A DNA stretch of 64,000 bases from Thermoplasmatota archaeon. Lineage in GTDB: Archaea; Thermoplasmatota; E2; JACPAO01; JAHFTW01. Shown piece after piece: positions 61,641-64,000 of this stretch (within the stretch, counting starts at the first letter, position 1; each line of letters starts with the position of its first letter). The stretch is taken from assembly GCA_038046785.1 (NCBI GenBank), contig JBBSVM010000001.1:75665-139664 (forward strand). The letters are read 5' to 3'. The notes beneath the pieces were generated by a model that saw nothing but the letters and a program-made list of their open reading frames with translations, was not told where the DNA came from and did not search any database. The position numbers and the translations under genes were made by a program.

Positions 61641-61657
61641 CCACTTTTGGTCAATCT

Positions 61658-62737
61658 GTGAACAAGCTTCTCGCCGCAGTCGTGGTTGGACTTGCCGCCC
61701 TCGCCTTGCTTGCCCCCACCGCCATCGGACATGGCGCTGCCGCCGCGCGCGAGATCGATACCCGCATCCTCGCCGACGACGACGGCCTCATCGGCTACGG
61801 CCCCGACTCCTGCTCCGCCGCCCCGGTCTGCCCGCTCTCAAACGGCGCGCTGGACCTCCTCTCGCTCGACATCCGCGAGGCAAAGAACGAGACGGGCGCG
61901 CACGTCCTCTGGTTTCGCGCCGTCTATCAGACCGACCATGTCGGCATCCCGGCCGAGCTGCACCTCACCTTCACCGCCGCCGGCGCCGAGCATGAATTCG
62001 AGTGGAGCTCCACCGACCTGACTGCATTCTCCTCGACCACCTTCGCCGCAGTCGCCGGTCCAACGCCGGTGGGCGACGGCCACCCCCAGGCGGTCGATGG
62101 CATGGTGCTTGCCTCGGCTCTGGGCCTTTCCCCGGGCGACGTCATCAGCGACCTCGCCATGGAGTCGCACGGCGAATCCGGAGAAGACCTGATGCCGGGC
62201 GGCTGGACCGTCCAAGGCATTCCGTTCGACCCCGTCCCCAACCCCGCCTCCGAACTGGAGGAGCACGAGCACTACGACGGCACTTACACGCTGCTTGGCC
62301 CAGCCCCGCTCGTCACCGCGATTCTCAGTGACCGTTCGGCAGGCGCCGCCCGCAGCGCCACCCTGACGGTCACCAATGCGCTTGCCGGAACTGCACAGTT
62401 CACCATGTTCGATGTGGTCCCCGCAGCGCTTGCGACTCTTGACCTCGCCTCGCTCGCCCTCGATGGCGCCGCCACCAAGAGCGCCGTCCTCACCGTCGCC
62501 CCCGACGCCTTCGGCACGCTCACCGTCACGGTTCGCAGCGACCTCGGCGCCTACCAAGTGCTCAGCCTCGACCTCGGCGCGGCACCCATTCCGGCGACAC
62601 CTTCCCACAATGGCACCGCGCACGACCATGACGACGCGGACGGCCACCATGACGGGGAGGCCAACAAGGCGTCGCCGCTGCCGCTGCCCTTCCTTGCCAT
62701 CGCGGCCGCAGTGCTTCTGGCCCGCCGCCGCGCCTGA
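61658..62737 (+). CDS. secreted paralog 2, His/Asp-rich pre-anchor segment, C-terminal TM/RRR anchor
   Basis: GTG 61658. Signal peptide ends TAIG/HG. Contains HNGTAHDHDDADGHHDGE before the PLPFLAIAAAVLLARRRA anchor. Confidence 0.65.
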   Translation: MNKLLAAVVVGLAALALLAPTAIGHGAAAAREIDTRILADDDGLIGYGPDSCSAAPVCPLSNGALDLLSLDIREAKNETGAHVLWFRAVYQTDHVGIPAELHLTFTAAGAEHEFEWSSTDLTAFSSTTFAAVAGPTPVGDGHPQAVDGMVLASALGLSPGDVISDLAMESHGESGEDLMPGGWTVQGIPFDPVPNPASELEEHEHYDGTYTLLGPAPLVTAILSDRSAGAARSATLTVTNALAGTAQFTMFDVVPAALATLDLASLALDGAATKSAVLTVAPDAFGTLTVTVRSDLGAYQVLSLDLGAAPIPATPSHNGTAHDHDDADGHHDGEANKASPLPLPFLAIAAAVLLARRRA

Positions 62738-62796
62738 GCACTCAACAACAACCCTTTTTCCCTCGTTCCGGTCTCGACAAAACGTTGGCCCCTCCC

Positions 62797-63879
62797 ATGC
62801 GCGCGACCCTGTTCCTTGCCCTCGCCGCCCTGGCCGTCGCGGCCCTTCCCTCCGCCTCGGCCCACGGCGCTCCTACCCCCGTGGACTTCATGGCGCGCCT
62901 GCTCGCCGACGACAACGATGACTGCGGCGCTCACGGCGACCCCAACCCGGCAGGCAGTTGCCGCGGCTCGGATGACCTCATCGCCCTCGACGTCCAGGAA
63001 AAAGCCAACGGCGAAGCAACCACACTTGTGTTCCGTTTCTGGCTCGACAAAGGCACCACATTCCCCGTCACCAACACGCTCACCTTCCAAGCGGGAGGCG
63101 CCGCGAAGAGTTTCGCCATCAAGACAACGAACGGTCAATCCTACACGGTGGAGTCCGGCTTCGACGCCGTCGCGGCTCCCAAGAGCGTCAACGATGGAAC
63201 GCGCTCCACGGTGGACGCCTCCGTGGACGCCGCCAAAGTGGGCGCCATTGGCACAAAGCTGACCAGCATCAAGGTGGAGTCGAAGTCCGGAAGCAACCTG
63301 GGCGATTACATGCCGGGCGGCTGCCGCAACAACCTCGGCGAGTGCAGCGGAACCGACCAGGAAACGCGGTACAGCACCGACTACACTCTGCGCGGCCCGG
63401 CCTACTACGCCAAGATGGATGCGCCCACGACACCGATTCGCGTCCCCGCCGGCGGCGACTCCCAGCTGACCCAGATTACGCTCACCAACTCGCTCTCCAA
63501 GTCGGCGCAGACCCTCACCCTCACGCTCACCGGCGCGAACGGCGTCTCGGGCGGGTTCCACGCGGGCGAGCCAACCTCCGCATCGCAGTACACTTCGACG
63601 AAGCAGGTGGCGCTCCAGGGCAAGCAGCAGACCGTCCTCCACCTGCGCCTCCACGGCGATACCATCGATGCGGCCGGAACCCTGACGCTCACGCTCACCA
63701 CCGACCTGGGCGGCCGCGTCGTCGCACAGATTCCCTACGAAGTGGTTCCCTCCGGCTCCGCCACGGACCTGCCCACGACGGCGTCGTCCCCCGCCACCTC
63801 GAGCAAAGGCTCCCCCGCCGCTGCGGCTCCCCTGGTCGCCCTTGGCCTCCTCGCCATCGCCCTTCGCCGGCGGTCCTGA
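62797..63879 (+). CDS. secreted paralog 3, C-terminal TM/RRR anchor
   Basis: ATG 62797. Signal peptide ends SASA/HG. Shares LLADD, LD(L/V), LTF(T/Q)A.G, (D/E)(L/Y)MPGG and YTL.GPA blocks with paralog 2. Confidence 0.65.
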   Translation: MRATLFLALAALAVAALPSASAHGAPTPVDFMARLLADDNDDCGAHGDPNPAGSCRGSDDLIALDVQEKANGEATTLVFRFWLDKGTTFPVTNTLTFQAGGAAKSFAIKTTNGQSYTVESGFDAVAAPKSVNDGTRSTVDASVDAAKVGAIGTKLTSIKVESKSGSNLGDYMPGGCRNNLGECSGTDQETRYSTDYTLRGPAYYAKMDAPTTPIRVPAGGDSQLTQITLTNSLSKSAQTLTLTLTGANGVSGGFHAGEPTSASQYTSTKQVALQGKQQTVLHLRLHGDTIDAAGTLTLTLTTDLGGRVVAQIPYEVVPSGSATDLPTTASSPATSSKGSPAAAAPLVALGLLAIALRRRS

Positions 63880-64000
63880 ATGGGAACTTGGCGCACCTGC
63901 GGGGCGCTCCTCCTCTTCGTCGCCCTCGTTGCCGCGCTGCCAACTGCCGCGGCGCACGCAGAGGTCGCATCGAGCGAGCCTGCGGCCGGGGCCCACCTCG
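63880..64000 (+). CDS. CopC-like copper-binding protein, 3' end cut by window edge
   Basis: Signal peptide ends TAAA/HAEV. The segment HAEVASSEPAAGAHL resembles the mature CopC/YobA N-terminus (H-x-x-L-x-x-S-x-P-x-x-G). Confidence 0.5.
   Translation, partial: MGTWRTCGALLLFVALVAALPTAAAHAEVASSEPAAGAHL

Overview
The window is a densely packed, high-GC (roughly 65% by eye) chromosomal segment that looks archaeal. Evidence for this: membrane LonB, archaeal-type SRP54, TrmY, a NIP7-like PUA protein, a thiolase with its DUF35 partner, tRNA-His with an encoded G-1, no encoded CCA, and a type-A-like RNase P RNA. Assignment to Thermoplasmatota or a similar heterotroph is inference only. I support about 75 CDS, 3 tRNAs (Thr-UGU, His-GUG, Tyr-GUA) and one RNase P RNA. 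Note that the ORF track writes M for GTG and TTG starts, and many long track ORFs are antisense shadow ORFs typical of high-GC DNA.

Main functional blocks:
- A 9-kb minus-strand operon joining tryptophan 2,3-dioxygenase and kynurenine formamidase to a LigB-type (AmnAB-like) ring-cleavage dioxygenase, an aldehyde dehydrogenase, a RidA deaminase, an LLM monooxygenase, an asparaginase-II-like protein and an SDR.
- Acyl-CoA carboxylase (accC-BCCP-carboxyltransferase).
- LonB.
- A 2-oxoacid dehydrogenase complex (E1alpha, small TM protein, E1beta, E2, E3).
- Glycine cleavage genes gcvH, gcvPA and gcvPB.
- Beta-oxidation-type enzymes.
- A cluster of paralogous secreted proteins next to a CopC-like gene.

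The most unusual signal is a dispersed palindromic repeat family built from CGCAGAT units, with at least 9 copies, all located exactly at gene junctions. In four cases the repeat is read in frame as the first ~25-35 codons of an enzyme. This gives homologous Lys/Arg/Gln/Ser/Ala-rich N-terminal extensions on three genes of the kynurenine-type operon (two adjacent, the third one gene further upstream), plus a decayed copy on E3. I do not recognise this as a described element or tag.

Other points of interest:
- A low-GC island encoding an Mrr-like nuclease.
- A duplicated tRNA-Thr 3' half.
- A conserved two-hairpin module downstream of two tRNAs.
- Secreted paralogs predicted to mature with an N-terminal His.
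- Several gene fusions: LigB-RidA and PPAT-YjjX.
- Pervasive 1-4 nt stop/start overlaps.
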